From assembly GCA_964016885.1 (NCBI GenBank), contig OZ024751.1, forward strand, positions 5,456,001 to 5,520,000: DNA of 64,000 bases, in the 5' to 3' direction. A program made the translations under genes and the position numbers. This stretch comes from Eledone cirrhosa (Eukaryota). This document shows positions 1 to 12,371 of this stretch, piece by piece. Under the pieces are notes generated by a model. The model was not told the DNA's origin. It made no database searches and saw nothing but the letters and a program-made list of their open reading frames with translations. Each line of letters begins with the position of its first letter. The first letter of the stretch is position 1.

Positions 1-599
1 TTCAAAGACGACCTAATTATTCCAAATATGTCATATATCATTTTTAAACCTCAATATCAGAAACATAAATGAACATGTTATACATTAATATTCATATTAA
101 CTTATATGAATATGTTGAATTATAATAAGTTGTGATAAGTTTCAAATATATCTTTAGCATGTTTAGCTCAGTGAATATTGTCGGTAACGTAGTTCTTTCT
201 GGAGTTTGAGTTAAATCGATCAATAATTCATGACAGAACTGATACAAGTCGATTTCCAAAGACGGCACGTATCTAACTCAATTGATTAGACAATTATCTC
301 GATCAGAGATTATAAGCAGGTAACTAATCATGTATCTTAAGAACCTATCATACACGCTAAAGTAATTTTTCAGACACAGTATATTGTCATAGGCAAATCA
401 TTCCTTCGCGTTCAGAATCGATTAGATAACTAACATAAAGGTCGAAGCAGATTAATAGGAGAAATGTGTATTTGACAATAGAAGTTCAGTGTTTATGTTG
501 GCGGTGCAGAAGAAGAACTTCTATTTACAGTATCTAATCCAGAGCTCTGAGTTTGAAAGCTGTCGGCGCCGATATCACTGCATTGTCAATGATATATGT

Positions 600-772
600 A
601 ATAACCATCCCTTTTTGTTTGCCACAAGGTCCAACAAAAAGGGGACAATACAGTAGACAGGGACAGTAGACAGGGACTTTGAAATCGAGTAGGAAGAAAT
701 TAAAAAAATAACAATAAACAAAAAAAGTACGACAATAAAAATTCCCCATTGGGGAGAGGACCACCTAGGGTT
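600..772 (-). mobile_element. 3' tip of the Tx1/L1-like LINE family
   Basis: Matches the 3' UTR at 12372-12575 (gccacaag..ggggacaataca..gacagggacagtag..attcccc..ggaccacc). Confidence 0.65.
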
Positions 773-1015
773 CAATAATATAAAAATGTATAACCTTTTC
801 CTCTGTGTCAAACGAAAGCGACTTTTTGCCAAAGGTGTTCTTAAATTGTAAGTAGATGTCCTGGAATGTAGACGTTAAACAAGAAATGGGTATTCTTAAA
901 TGTTATATTCATATCAGAAATGAGAGGACTCCGTAACGACAGTATTTGTCTATCTTTCTGTACCCCCTATCTCACCCCGCTTATCTCTCCCCCTCCCCCT
1001 CTCTCTCTCTCTTTG

Positions 1016-1030
<15 letters not shown>

Positions 1031-1052
<22 letters not shown>

Positions 1053-1170
1053 AACCTGAGGCATATGGCCCTTAAAGCGATGAAATGCCTGGGACGGTTG
1101 GAGGGTCACTGATGAAGGACTCACTTTTTCATATGCACCACCATTTGCAACGGGCAGCCATCATTATTAT
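1031..1170 (+). mobile_element. Fragment of an unclassified repeat, possibly PLE pseudo-LTR, between (TA)n
   Basis: Similar to 15889-15960 (ccaacctgagg..gcgatgaaat..ggttgg..tcactgatga.ggact). Confidence 0.45.
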
Positions 1171-1417
1171 CATATATATATATATATATATATAATACAT
1201 TAACAGAGAAAGCCATTAGCGATGCTCCGACCAATTTCCAACTCACTCAACAAACATTAGGAACTACCGCAGTATATTCTCAATTATACGTTTGGGGTGC
1301 TAACTATATTGTATTGTGTGGATAATCGGCTGTATTATTTTATATGAGACTTAATATATATATATATATATATATTCAACAATAATTGTTACTTCAACAC
1401 ATGATTTTTGTATGTAT

Positions 1418-2178
1418 GTTCTTCTGATTTTATAATTGCACAAATTTTTGCCAATAGAGAGAGAGTCGGTTTCAAACATAGATACAAGACTCGCTCATTG
1501 GAATTTACATATCAACTAGGTAGATATGTATGTATGTCTGCATGCATGTGTGTGCAGGTATGGATGTAATTTATGTGTGGATGTGTATGCTTTAAGTTGT
1601 ATGTGTGCATGTGCATATGCTTTGTATCTGTACAAGTCTATATGCAGTTATTAGATGCAGAATTTTGGAATGTTTTAGATATTTTTAATGTTCCATTAAT
1701 GGATTGTACTTGTAATTTCCTAACTAGTTGTGTTCTTTCTGTTTCTATGAAGCCCAGCTTCTCAAGATTTGTATTGAGGCAGTTACTAACATATCCCAGT
1801 GCTCCAATAATCACAGGAATAAATCTGAAGGTGTAATCGGAGTGGAGTATCTGCAGATTTCTCATTAGTTCTGCATAGATATTATCGTTTTCATTAAATG
1901 TTGGATATTATATTGGTACCTGCTGGGCAGCTAACTTCCACTACTGCGCATGATTTCTTCTCCCTGTCCCATATCATAATATCTGGTTTGTTATGCCTGC
2001 ATTTTGTTTGAGTTTTTACTGGAACATTCCACCAGTACTCTTTCATATTATGTATATGGACGTCTTCCACATTGCTGTAGCTATTAATGTGTTTATTGTC
2101 CGGACTATCTTTTCTATGGATTGTATTGTACAGTGTTTTGGCCACTACATCATGCCTCATAGGTAGATAGTACCGCGA
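1418..2178 (-). mobile_element. 5'-truncated R4/Dong-like RLE LINE (REL endonuclease plus 3' UTR)
   Basis: YYLPMRHD..YWWNVPV..HNKPDIMIWD..VVEVSCP..PVIIGALG (PD-(D/E)xK REL domain); TATG repeats on both sides. Confidence 0.85.
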
Positions 2179-2230
2179 TGTATGTATGTATATATGAATG
2201 TATGCATGCATGTATGTATGCATATGTATG

Positions 2231-5200
2231 TTCTTCTGGTTTTATAATTTCACAAAGTTTTACCAATAGAGAGAGCGTCGGTTTCTAATATAGACACAAG
2301 ACTCTCTCATTGGAATTTACACAACATCAACTAGGTAGATTATGTATTCATGCATGCATGTGTAGATATGGATGTTATTGTATGTGTGCATGTGTATGTT
2401 TTCAGTTGTATGTGTGCATGTGTATATGCTTTGCATCTGGACATGTGTAAATGCAGTTATTAGATGCAACATTTTTGGAATGTTTTACATATTTTTAATG
2501 TTCCATTAATGGATTGTACTTGTAATTTCCTAACTAGCTGTGTTTTTTCTGTTCCTGTGAAGCCTAACTTCTCAAGATTTGTATTGAGGCAGTTACTAAC
2601 ATATCCCAGTGCCCCAATAATCACAGGCATAAATCTGAAGGTGTAATCAGGGTGGAGTATTTGCACATTTCTCATCAGTTCTGCATAAATATTCTCCTTT
2701 TCGCTAATTTTTGATTTTATATTGGCATCTGCTGGGCAGCTAATTCCCACTACTGTGCATGTTTTCTTCTCCCTGTCCCATATCATAATATCTGGTCTGT
2801 TATGCCTGCATTTTATTGGGTTTTTTACTGGAACATTCCACCAGTACTCTTTCATATTATGTTGGCAGTATCGGCAGAGGGTCGGACGCCATGCTTTGAC
2901 GAATAGAGTTACGACCCTTGCCATTCTGAGTTCAAATCTCACCGAGGTTAACTTTGCCTTTCATCCTTACGGGGTCGATAAAATAAAGTACCAGTAATAC
3001 ACTGGTTAATTGCTGGCCTTGTGCAAAATGTAGAAACAATTATGTATATGGATGTATTCCACATTGCTGTAGCTATTAATGTGTTTATTATGGGGGCTAT
3101 CTTTTCTACGGATTGCATTGTACAGTGTTTTGGCCACGACCTCATGCCTCATAAGTAGATAGTACCGTGATGACATCTTTGGACAGCTGCTGATGATATG
3201 GGTGACATCTTTGATGTTAATTCTGCAGAGTCTGCACTTGGTATCACATCTAGGTGTTATGCCTGCATCTCTATCTCTTTTGTGAATCAGGTATTTCGTG
3301 TTAAATTCCTTTTCTTGGATTGCAAAAGCGTATCATTCAAAGTGGGAGCCAATATAGCGGTTGTTGGTCCAAGATAGACTACTTTCCTTATCTATATTAC
3401 TCTCACTCTGGAGCTTCCTGGCAACACATCCATTCATGATTTTTTGCTGATAAGCATGCACTTTTTCATCCACGGATTCACTGCGATACTGCTGAGCGAC
3501 TTCCCTGGGTGTGAGTTTTTGATTATCACACAGGGAATATCTCTCGAGGTGTTCCTTCCCAACTCTCATGATATTATCTGTTTCATGCAGATAGACTTGT
3601 TCGAGAGACGGGCTCATACGTTTCTAGGTTCGTAGATGTTGTCGGAGGGATATGATGTGACATTCAAATGCTGTCTTGACTGATGTTAGGCCTCTGCCTC
3701 CCTGCTTACGTTTCAAGTAAATGCGGTATATGTCATGGTTGATGTGGAAGTTTCCGGTATTGTTTAGTACTTTTCGAGTTCTAACACCAACTGCTCGGAT
3801 TTCGTCTATAGTCGAATTGAGTATTCCAAACGTTGGTGTTAGGACAGGCACAGCAAACACATTGTGAGCCACTGTTTTGTTTTGCGCAGAGAGTTCCAAT
3901 GACCACATCTTTCTTAATCGGGTGTAGTATTCCTTGGTTACGCGTTCCTTATTACATATACCATTATAGGATATGTTTTCATCTCTCCCAGGTATCTGTA
4001 GCAGTCCTCATCAGATATCGGTGAAACAGTTAGGCCATTGATGACAATGTTACTAGATTGGGTTGTTGTTTATCCCCGCTTTACAGTCATATATGAGCAT
4101 TTATCTTGGCCAAACTCCATTCCTATATCCTTTGAAAACGTTTTAACCAGGTCAAGATTTTTCTTCATCCCATCCATGTTCTTGGCATAGAGTTTCAGAT
4201 AATCCACAAAGAAATTATAGGTTAGGTTCGTATTTCTGTCCTCCTGTGAGCCAATGATGTAGAGTCTTCCTTCTCTGTCTTTAACCTTATGATAGTAGCC
4301 CAAGAAGAATACAGCTTCTCTATGGCTCTGATAATAATGTCTGGGATTTTAGCAAGTTGGAGGGCCTCTATCATCCAAGAGTGGGGAACAGAATCGAAAG
4401 CTTCCTGTAGTCCAGACTGTAGCCATATTCCTCCTAAGATGTCGCACCTCCGACATCGCAGTTTTGTTGATTATGAGTTGTCCAGCACATCTCAAGCCCC
4501 TTTCTTTCCAGCTACTTCTTCCTCTGTGATGATGTTATTATTACACAGTGATCTTGGAGGAATAGGTTCAGGCAGGCTGTATACATCTTATACATCAGGT
4601 TCTGGAATGCAATGGGTCGATAGTTTTTTGCCAAGTGGGTGTCTTTGTTCTTGGGGATCAGTAATGTTTGTGCTACGGTCAACCATTCTGGTATAAGTGT
4701 ATCTCCCTTAATAACTTGTTGGTAGAGGTCAGTAAGATACCTCCGATAGAATATCAGTTTTTTGTACCAGTACCCAACAATCTTGTCTCTTCCTGGTGTT
4801 TTCATATCTTTGAGTTTTCGTATCACAGTCTCAAGTGTACCCTCACTTATTTCGTATGTTTTTGTTGTAGTGTAGGAGCAATAGTTCTTTCGGATTTCTC
4901 TTAGCCACACTGCATCTTGGTTGAAATTCTTCTTTTAACCCATATTTTTCTTCAAAAGGAATCTATGTATTTCTGGGATGGGGCCTCAGTGACACTTATT
5001 ATTTTGCCCTTCATATGACTATAGACTGATGTTTGGTTTCGTCTGAATCTTTTATTAAGCACTTTTCTTTCATTTACCTTCTTCAGGTATTGGCGTTTTT
5101 CGCTAACAGCTTTCATTTCTTGTTTGAGGGTGATCAGCTTACATTGAAGAGTTCTGGTTCTACTGTTACCAAACATCGCCTCTATTTTATTTTTCACTCT

Positions 5201-5305
5201 GCTGGTGAGGAGTGACGTTTTTTGTGTTTGTTTGCATGTAAGGAGCAGTGTCACATATCCTATGGTTTTTCGTAGGTCAGCAATCTTTTTATCTATTTTA
5301 GTTAT
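2231..5305 (-). mobile_element. Degraded R4/Dong-like non-LTR retrotransposon A (RT, CCHC finger, REL)
   Basis: KTPGRD, NYRPIA, DYRKAFDSVPH, FFVDYLKLY, GMEFGQDKC, AVPVLTPTFG, GGRGL, CRLC..H..C, RPDIMIWD; frameshifts and stops; interrupted by a SINE. Confidence 0.9.
2862..3038 (+). mobile_element. tRNA-derived SINE (family S1) inserted in LINE A
   Basis: B-box-like GAGTTCAAATC, central gcctttcatcc..ggggtcgataaaataaagtaccag; TSD ATTATG at 2856-2861 and 3039-3044; empty site in the paralog at ~2046. Confidence 0.9.
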
Positions 5306-5308
5306 ATA

Positions 5309-5454
5309 CTAGCAGAATGGCCCGGCGTTGCTCGGGATTTGTTCCAGGGTTCTTATATATTTGATATATATTTATCCTTATCAAGCCTCGTGAAATAAAT
5401 ACGTTTGTCTATATTTTGTTATTGTGTATGCAAAAATATCTGTACACGAATATA

Positions 5455-5486
<32 letters not shown>

Positions 5487-5640
5487 ACAGTACAGAGAAG
5501 TAGGGAATACCTCGGCCTTGGGATGGTGTCTACATTTTGTGCTTATAAAACAAATTCGTCGTAGATTACCAAGTTTTTTTTTCCGTGCGAAGAAAATCAA
5601 TACTTTATCGCGAAATAAATACTTTTGTTTGTATGAAAGA
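5309..5640 (-). mobile_element. Helitron 3' end fragment
   Basis: Minus strand CCCGAGCAACGCCGGG hairpin followed by CCATTCTG-CTAG|T; homologous to ~26530-26751. Confidence 0.85.
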
Positions 5641-8450
5641 CTAAGAATTATAGAGAGATGGTTGCCAACCTTTTTCCTCTGTTGAAGATGTTGCTTCAGT
5701 GTTACTATCCGGGTATCATATGATGTTAATAAGGATTTTAGACCCCGGCGATCTTCATTGCATGAGAAGTATAGTCCATCCACATCACCATTGATGTTAA
5801 AGTTCCCAGTAACACTGAGAAGTTTGCGAGTTCTAACATCCATCTCACTTAGTTCTTGCAATGACCAGTTCAGCAGGCCAAATGTTGGCGTCAGGATTGG
5901 CACAGCATAAGTATTGTGGGCAATGTATTTGTTGTACAATGACAGTTCTGATGACCATAGTTTCTTTACTCTTCTGAGGTATTCAGTTCTGGTGCTCTCC
6001 TTATTTATGGGTTCATCATATCTGACATTTTCATCCTGTCCAAGATATCTGTAGTTGTCACCTGACTGTAGAGGTTATATTGTCAGGCCGTTCATCTCTA
6101 GATATCTAGAGGAGGGAACAGCTCTTCCACGTTTTATTGCCAAAAATGCACACTTGGACTCACCAAATTTCATTTTGATGTCTGTTGAAAATTGTGTAAT
6201 GAGGTCCAATTGTTTCTTGATGTCATTGATATTTGGCCCATACAACTTCAGGTCATCAACAAAGAAAAGATGGGAGATACTTCTGGACCCACTTCTTTGT
6301 CCACCATGTTTCCTGAGTAGGTAAGATAGTGGATTTAGTGAGAGAACGAAGAGTAGCACTGACAAGCTATCACCCTGAAATATGCCCTTCTGGTAATGTA
6401 TCTTATCAGTCTTAACTTGCTCCTTCTCACCTCTAAGGATCAAATTGGTGTACCAGTTCTTGGTCAGACGTTCAACAGCAGCTACCAGTGGTTGTGGGAC
6501 TTTGGCTAACTGTAAAGCCTTAGCAATTCACCTATGAGGTACACTATCAAATGCCTTTTGATAGTCCAGCCACACCACCAGTCATGTTTCTGCGATGTTT
6601 TGTTGTTTTTTCTTGAATCATTTTATTAGTTAGTAGGTGATCTATGCAACCCCACACCTCCCTCTTTCCACCAGCTTGCTCAGGTGTTATGATGTTGTTG
6701 GTAGCACAGTGATCCTGTAAGAACAGGTTAAGGCACCCAGTATATCATTTCTACATGATGCTTTGGCAGACTATTGGGCGGTAATTTTTAGCAAGGGTGG
6801 TTTGGCTTTTTGGGGGAATGAGGAGAGTAGTGGCAGTTGATAACCATCTGGGTAGTTCTTGTGTGCCCTTAATGGTTTCTGTAAACAGCCGTATGAGATC
6901 TTGCCCATAGAAAGTGAATTTTTCAACCAGTATCCTGTAATGAGGTCTGGGCCTGGTGATTTCCTATTCGACATTTTCTGTAGAGCTGTTTCCAGTATTG
7001 ACCCATCTATGTCATATTGTTTTGTCTGGACATGTTGGCAGTAGTCCTGTTTCAGTTCTTTTAGCCAATTAGTTTGTCTGTTGAATCCGTCATCCGTTTC
7101 CCATACAGATCTCCAGTAGCTCTCAACCTGTTCTTTTGAAGTGGTGTCATTTACAGGGATTGAGTTTTTGCCACCGAAGCTGCGATAAACTGATTTAGGA
7201 TCTCTGGCAAACAATCTATTTAGCACTTATCGTTTATGCGCTGTTGACTTATATTTTAGTCTTTCTGTTGTAGGTGTGAGTTGTTGTTTCAAATGGTGTA
7301 ATTTGGAGTTCAAAGTTTCAAATTTTGTATCTCCAAATCGTCTCTCTAACTTTTTATTTAAGTCTTCCTGGTATCGTGTGAAGTTGCTCTCTATGTTGCA
7401 TTTCATAACGACTGCGATGTGTGAGATACTTCGTCTCAGGGACAACATTTTGCTTTTTAAATTTCGCATCCACGTTGGTTCAGGCTTTTTGTTTATATCT
7501 TGATTGCCTGGTTTTAGATGTGTGTTATATGATAGCAATGTGACAGCTGAAACATATAACAACATATTAAGCGTTTCAAATGTCGTTTCTACGCATTTAG
7601 ATTGTATAAGCCTTCAGATAATTGCCAGCTATTTCGTTCACCGCTTCCAATTCCAATTTAGAGGGTTCTTTACTGATTCTGGTGGTGTATGGTCTGTCAC
7701 TCACATTAAGGCTGTATATCTCTTGAAACATATCGTCCCATATCACTTGTAAGGTGTCCACAAGTTTTGGTGTTCTGTTTGTACAGTAGAGTCACGAATT
7801 TCAGGCTCGTTGTTGATGTGGTGACAATTACTACTAGAGTTAGCTGACCATCCTCGCTGTTCTTCAGTGGAAGTGGGATGGATTTCAGCAAAATTGTTGG
7901 TGAGCTGTTCACTGTTAGATTTAGCTGGCCATTCTCTTTGTCTGTCAGTGGAGGTGGTGTTGTTGTCTACAAGGGCTGTATTTGTAGTATCACTCAATTC
8001 CGTTAGATGTATCAATTTACATTTAATGATACGTTTTGCCTGTTTATTTAAATGCTTTGGAGAAAAGTCTAATTCTGGGTGTTTGGAGTTCCATAAAACT
8101 TTAGCCTCTGCATAAAACCAAACTTTTGGGGTTCAGATTGTTTATATGCTTCATATAATTCTTTGTTAAGCTCGTAGCTCCAATGTATACAACGGTTGTA
8201 GTTGCGATTTGGTCGAAGCAGACTTGTACGTTTTGCCATGATGAGTTCGTCTATTCACTAATATTTTGTATTTATTTTTCAAAATAGTCGATGATCTTCT
8301 TTAAAAGTTTCGACAAAGTTCTATCAGAATCAAATTTAAAGTTATTCACAGCTTGGGTAATATTTCTTTTCGGTTAGTTTTTAATTCTACAACTGTGTTT
8401 TAAACGTTGTTCTTGAATCGTTTGAATCGAGAACAAAAAAAACAAAACCG
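5641..8450 (-). mobile_element. Degraded R4/Dong-like element B (N-terminus through RT and thumb; 3' end lost)
   Basis: MAKRTS..HWSYELNKELYEAY, KSPGPDLI, DYQKAFDSVPH, GIFQGDSLS, HLFFVDDLKLY, AVPILTPTFG; diverged from element A. Confidence 0.88.
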
Positions 8451-8661
8451 TTACTTAGTATATTTCTTTATGAATGTAATATAATATAACAACGCTGTAT
8501 TTATATGGTAAAGTTTATGTATCATTCATATAAATAGGTGTTCTACAACTTATTCACAACATATTCACAGTTCAAACACTTATGTTTTTTGTTTCTGAAT
8601 CGAAACGTTACTTGCATATTTCTTTATAAATGTAATATAACAACGTTGCATTTATATGTTA

Positions 8662-8787
8662 AAGTGTATGTATCGTTCATATATCATAAGTGTATGTATC
8701 GTTCATATATCATAAGTGTATGTATCGTTCATATATCATAAGTGTATGTATCGTTCATATATCATAAGTGTATGTATCGTTCATATA
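8662..8787. repeat. 26-bp minisatellite, ~5 copies (ATATCATAAGTGTATGTATCGTTCAT)
   Basis: Direct tandem copies visible. Confidence 0.9.
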
Positions 8788-8956
8788 AATAGGTGTTTTA
8801 CAACACACTTACAGTTCAAACACTTATGTAGAATTATTGTATGTAATCATACCGCGTAATGTAGCTCAACTGTTTTCAATATATGGTATGTTACCTTCAC
8901 GTAAGCCGTAATTACATACGTCCGATTATCGGACACTAACCACAACGGTCGCCATT

Positions 8957-9049
8957 GTATGTATGTATGTATGTATGTATGTATGTATGTATGTATGTAT
9001 GTATGTATGTATGTATGTATGTATGTATGTATGTATGTATGTATGTATG
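8957..9049. repeat. (TATG)n microsatellite (also 9585-9640, 10053-10195, 31735-31805)
   Basis: Direct. Confidence 0.97.
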
Positions 9050-9584
9050 TTTTCTCTTTCTCTTAATTTCGAGTATATTTTTTTGACCGGCCACCTTCCT
9101 GGTGGCAAGGTTGTAAAAGAAAAGAAATTGTCATCCTTTGAATCGCAAGAATGTTTTGCAAATTTTGAAGGTGCCAGCTATCGCAGCCATTTGTAGACTA
9201 TGAATTAGGGAGCTGCGCTTTTTGTCCGCAAATCCAAGTTCAGTCATACTTTGGTCCAAGCGGGTTGGTATATAACCCGTAGCACCAATAATGATAGGTA
9301 TGAAGCTAAAGGTGTATCTTGGATACTGGATTTGTAAACTCCTCATCAATGGCCCGTAGATGTCCCCCTTCTCCTGTATTTTTCTGACAACGTTTACATC
9401 AATTGGGCAGCTGATCTCCACAACAGAACACGTTTTCAATGTGTGGTCCCAAACTACAATATCAGGCCGGTTGTGCTTTAATTTGGTGGCAGTTTTTATT
9501 TTCAGGTTCCACCAGTATTCCTTAGTGCCATCTGTCTCAATATATTCTTCTCCTTAGTGCCATCTGTCTCAATATATTCTTCTT
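9050..9584 (-). mobile_element. 5'-truncated R4/Dong-like LINE 3' end (third subfamily)
   Basis: YWWNL..KHNRPDIVVWD..VVEISCP..PIIIGATG; embedded in (TATG)n. Confidence 0.85.
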
Positions 9585-9640
9585 ATGTATGTATGTATGT
9601 ATGTATGTATGTATGTATGTATGTATGTATGTATGTATGT

Positions 9641-10052
9641 ACCGGGAGAGATGACCCCTTAGCCTTTGTCAAGGCAGAATTCTAGGAGAAGGAAAACTCT
9701 GACATAACACCTGCAACTCTGATGGTATCCAATGATGTTGACTTGTTCTTCTTTTTGGTAAATATCATCTTGGTTAAGAGAGTGGGACTGGCTTTGTGCA
9801 GTGCCTTTGCTCACTATAAAAGTTTCACGGCACAGGCATTGCTTTATATCTGGAGATCTCTCTGCACTTGTCGTCACATGGTACCATGGGCCCAGCACTA
9901 TGTATCAATAACTGTCACAAGTGTAGTGTTTGTACCAGAGTTTTCAAGTCGCTGGCTGGACTAAAAGGTCACACTCGTTCAGCGCATCAGTAGGGGTTCT
10001 CCTACATGGATATGAAGTAGTGGCCGTACTCGAAAACGAGTTGGCAGCCACC
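9641..10052 (+). mobile_element. Non-coding retroposon family E, 5'-truncated copy with (ATGT)n tail
   Basis: Highly similar to 32007-32420; ends gagttggcagccacc-(atgt)n. Confidence 0.75.
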
Positions 10053-10738
10053 ATGTATGTATGTATGTATGTATGTATGTATGTATGTATGTATGTATGT
10101 ATGTATGTATGTATGTATGTATGTATGTATGTATGTATGTATGTATGCATGCATGCATGTATGTCTGCATGCATGTATGTATGTATATATGTATGCACGC
10201 ATATTAAGTACTTTACTTTTAACTTTGGGTTTATTTTTAATGAAAGCAGTCGAGTGGAGACTGAACCGCTGTTAGAAAGAATTCCAGTTTACTGCGTTCA
10301 AGTTATTTACAACATGCCACATATGGCATTGATACAGATTCGTGGAATCTGTTACGTTGATGTTCAATCTCTTGTCTGGCACTCAGCCATTTTACTAAAA
10401 TGTCATATGAAGAAAAAATAAAATGGTCCTTCTAGTAGAGAAATTGAATCGTGGAATCGGTTACAAATACGCTTCATTGCTTGTTTGGCTCTGATCCATT
10501 TTGTTATAAAACATCATATGATAAAAACAAAAACCAAAAAACCCTCCAAAAATACCCCCCACCAAAAAAAAAAAAAATTTGCCGGAAATATGTTACTGTA
10601 ACGTGGTTGACTAAATATAAAAGGAAATAATGGAATGAAGAACTCTTGGAGAATTCTCTAAAATAATGACTTTATCCAGAAATAGTTATTGTGAAGTGTA
10701 GTCAAGAATTCTAGCAATAACAATGCCAAACAAGATAG

Positions 10739-10789
<51 letters not shown>

Positions 10790-10947
10790 AAAGAAGTCGA
10801 AACAAGCAAAAAAAAAACTACAACAAAAAACCGTAAATAAAAATAAAACCGTCTTCAGATATACTACTTCTGTGTTGTCTTAGACAATGGTTTCTGTTGA
10901 TAGATGACAACAGTCAGAAATTGTACCATTACCATTATCATTAGAAC

Positions 10948-11275
10948 TCTTCTTCTTCTTCTTCTTCTTCTTCTTCTTCTTCTTCTTCTTCTTCTTCTTC
11001 TTCTTCTTCTTCTTCTTCTTCTTCTTCTTCTTCTTCTTCTTCTTCTTCTTCTTCTTCTTCTTCTTCTTCTTCTTCTTCTTCTTCTTCTTCTTCTTCTTCT
11101 TCTTCTCGACATTGATGTAATGGTATTAGTAGTAGTAAAAGTAGTTATAATAGCAGCAGCAGTGTTACAAATAATAATAGTAGTAGTAGTAGTAGTAGTA
11201 GTAGGAGTAGTAACAGCTGGGGTAGTAGTAGTAGTAATAGTGTGGTAGTAGTAGTATTAGTGGTGGTGGTAGTAT

Positions 11276-11308
<33 letters not shown>

Positions 11309-11311
11309 GAA

Positions 11312-11361
<50 letters not shown>

Positions 11362-11520
11362 CTAGTTGTAGTAGTAGTAGTAGTAGTATAGTAGTAGTAG
11401 TGGTAGTAGTAGTAGTAGTGGTGGTAGTAGTAGTAGTAGTTATAGTAGTAGTAGTAGTAGCAGTGGTAGTAGTAGTAGTAGTAGTAGTAGTAGCAGCAGC
11501 AGTAGTAGTAGTAGTAGTAT
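10948..11520. repeat. (CTT)n followed by degenerate (GTA)n
   Basis: Direct; explains the poly-R/L/T/Y ORFs. Confidence 0.97.
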
Positions 11521-11715
11521 TTATCATCGTCAATGAAATTTATGGTTGAGCTAAACAATGAATTTTACGATAAAAGCATTAATTAAAAGTTGGGAGCCGG
11601 GATGTCTCCAGCCACATCTCTGGTATTATCGTATAACAGGACTGAGAATAACACTAATAATAATAACAATGAAAATGATGATACTAATCATATATATAAT
11701 AATAATAATTTAATA

Positions 11716-12142
11716 ATGGTTTCTTTATTGGCCACAAGGGCTAACATGAAGAAAAACATTAGAGACGGCACAGAACAGTACAGGACGATACAAAGTGGGT
11801 TTTGGCCGTTTAAACAGGTTATATAACAAGATAGAAATATAAAAAAAATTCAAACAACAAAAAATTCCCCAATAGGGGCAAACTTCCGATGGTCACTCTT
11901 GGCAATAACCACACAAAAGACCACGACCACCCTGATCACCAGGGCAAGCTCCCTCTCTCAATATTTTCATTTCTTAGTCTACAGGCATATACTCAGGGCG
12001 GGCCCTTTCACTCGGACCAGACTCGCCACATTCACGCACATTTCAACAAACTTGCTAGAAGGCAGCACTTGCCTCTTCACCCTGATTTTCCTCTTCAAGT
12101 GAAACTTGAAAAAGTTAATCAGGGATTGGCTGGAGAGGAAAA
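11716..12142 (-). mobile_element. Tx1/L1-like LINE 3' fragment
   Basis: Encodes SQSLINFFKFHLKRKIRV..VLPSSKF, like the C-terminus of ORF 12656-13144; (AAT)n flanks. Confidence 0.8.
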
Positions 12143-12179
12143 ACAATAATAAGGAATAATAATCATATATATATAATAA

Positions 12180-12364
12180 TTGTTTCTACTTTTGGCACAA
12201 GGCCAGCAATTATACAGTACATTACTGGTACTTTATTTTATCGACCCCGTAAATATGAAAGGCAAAGTTAACCTCGGCAGGATTTGAACTCAGATCAGAA
12301 AGGGGCGTAACTCTGTGCTGCAAGGCATGTTGTCCGACCCTCTACCGATACTACCAAACCACCA
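12180..12364 (-). mobile_element. SINE S1 copy
   Basis: Reverse-complement homolog of 2862-3038. Confidence 0.88.
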
Positions 12365-12371
12365 ATAATAA

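Noticed and set aside
8926-11558. Low-complexity ORFs (YIHT, poly-R/L/T/Y), and similar ones at 15.9, 24, 34.4, 50.5-52.3 and 58.1 kb
   Set aside because: Translations of microsatellites
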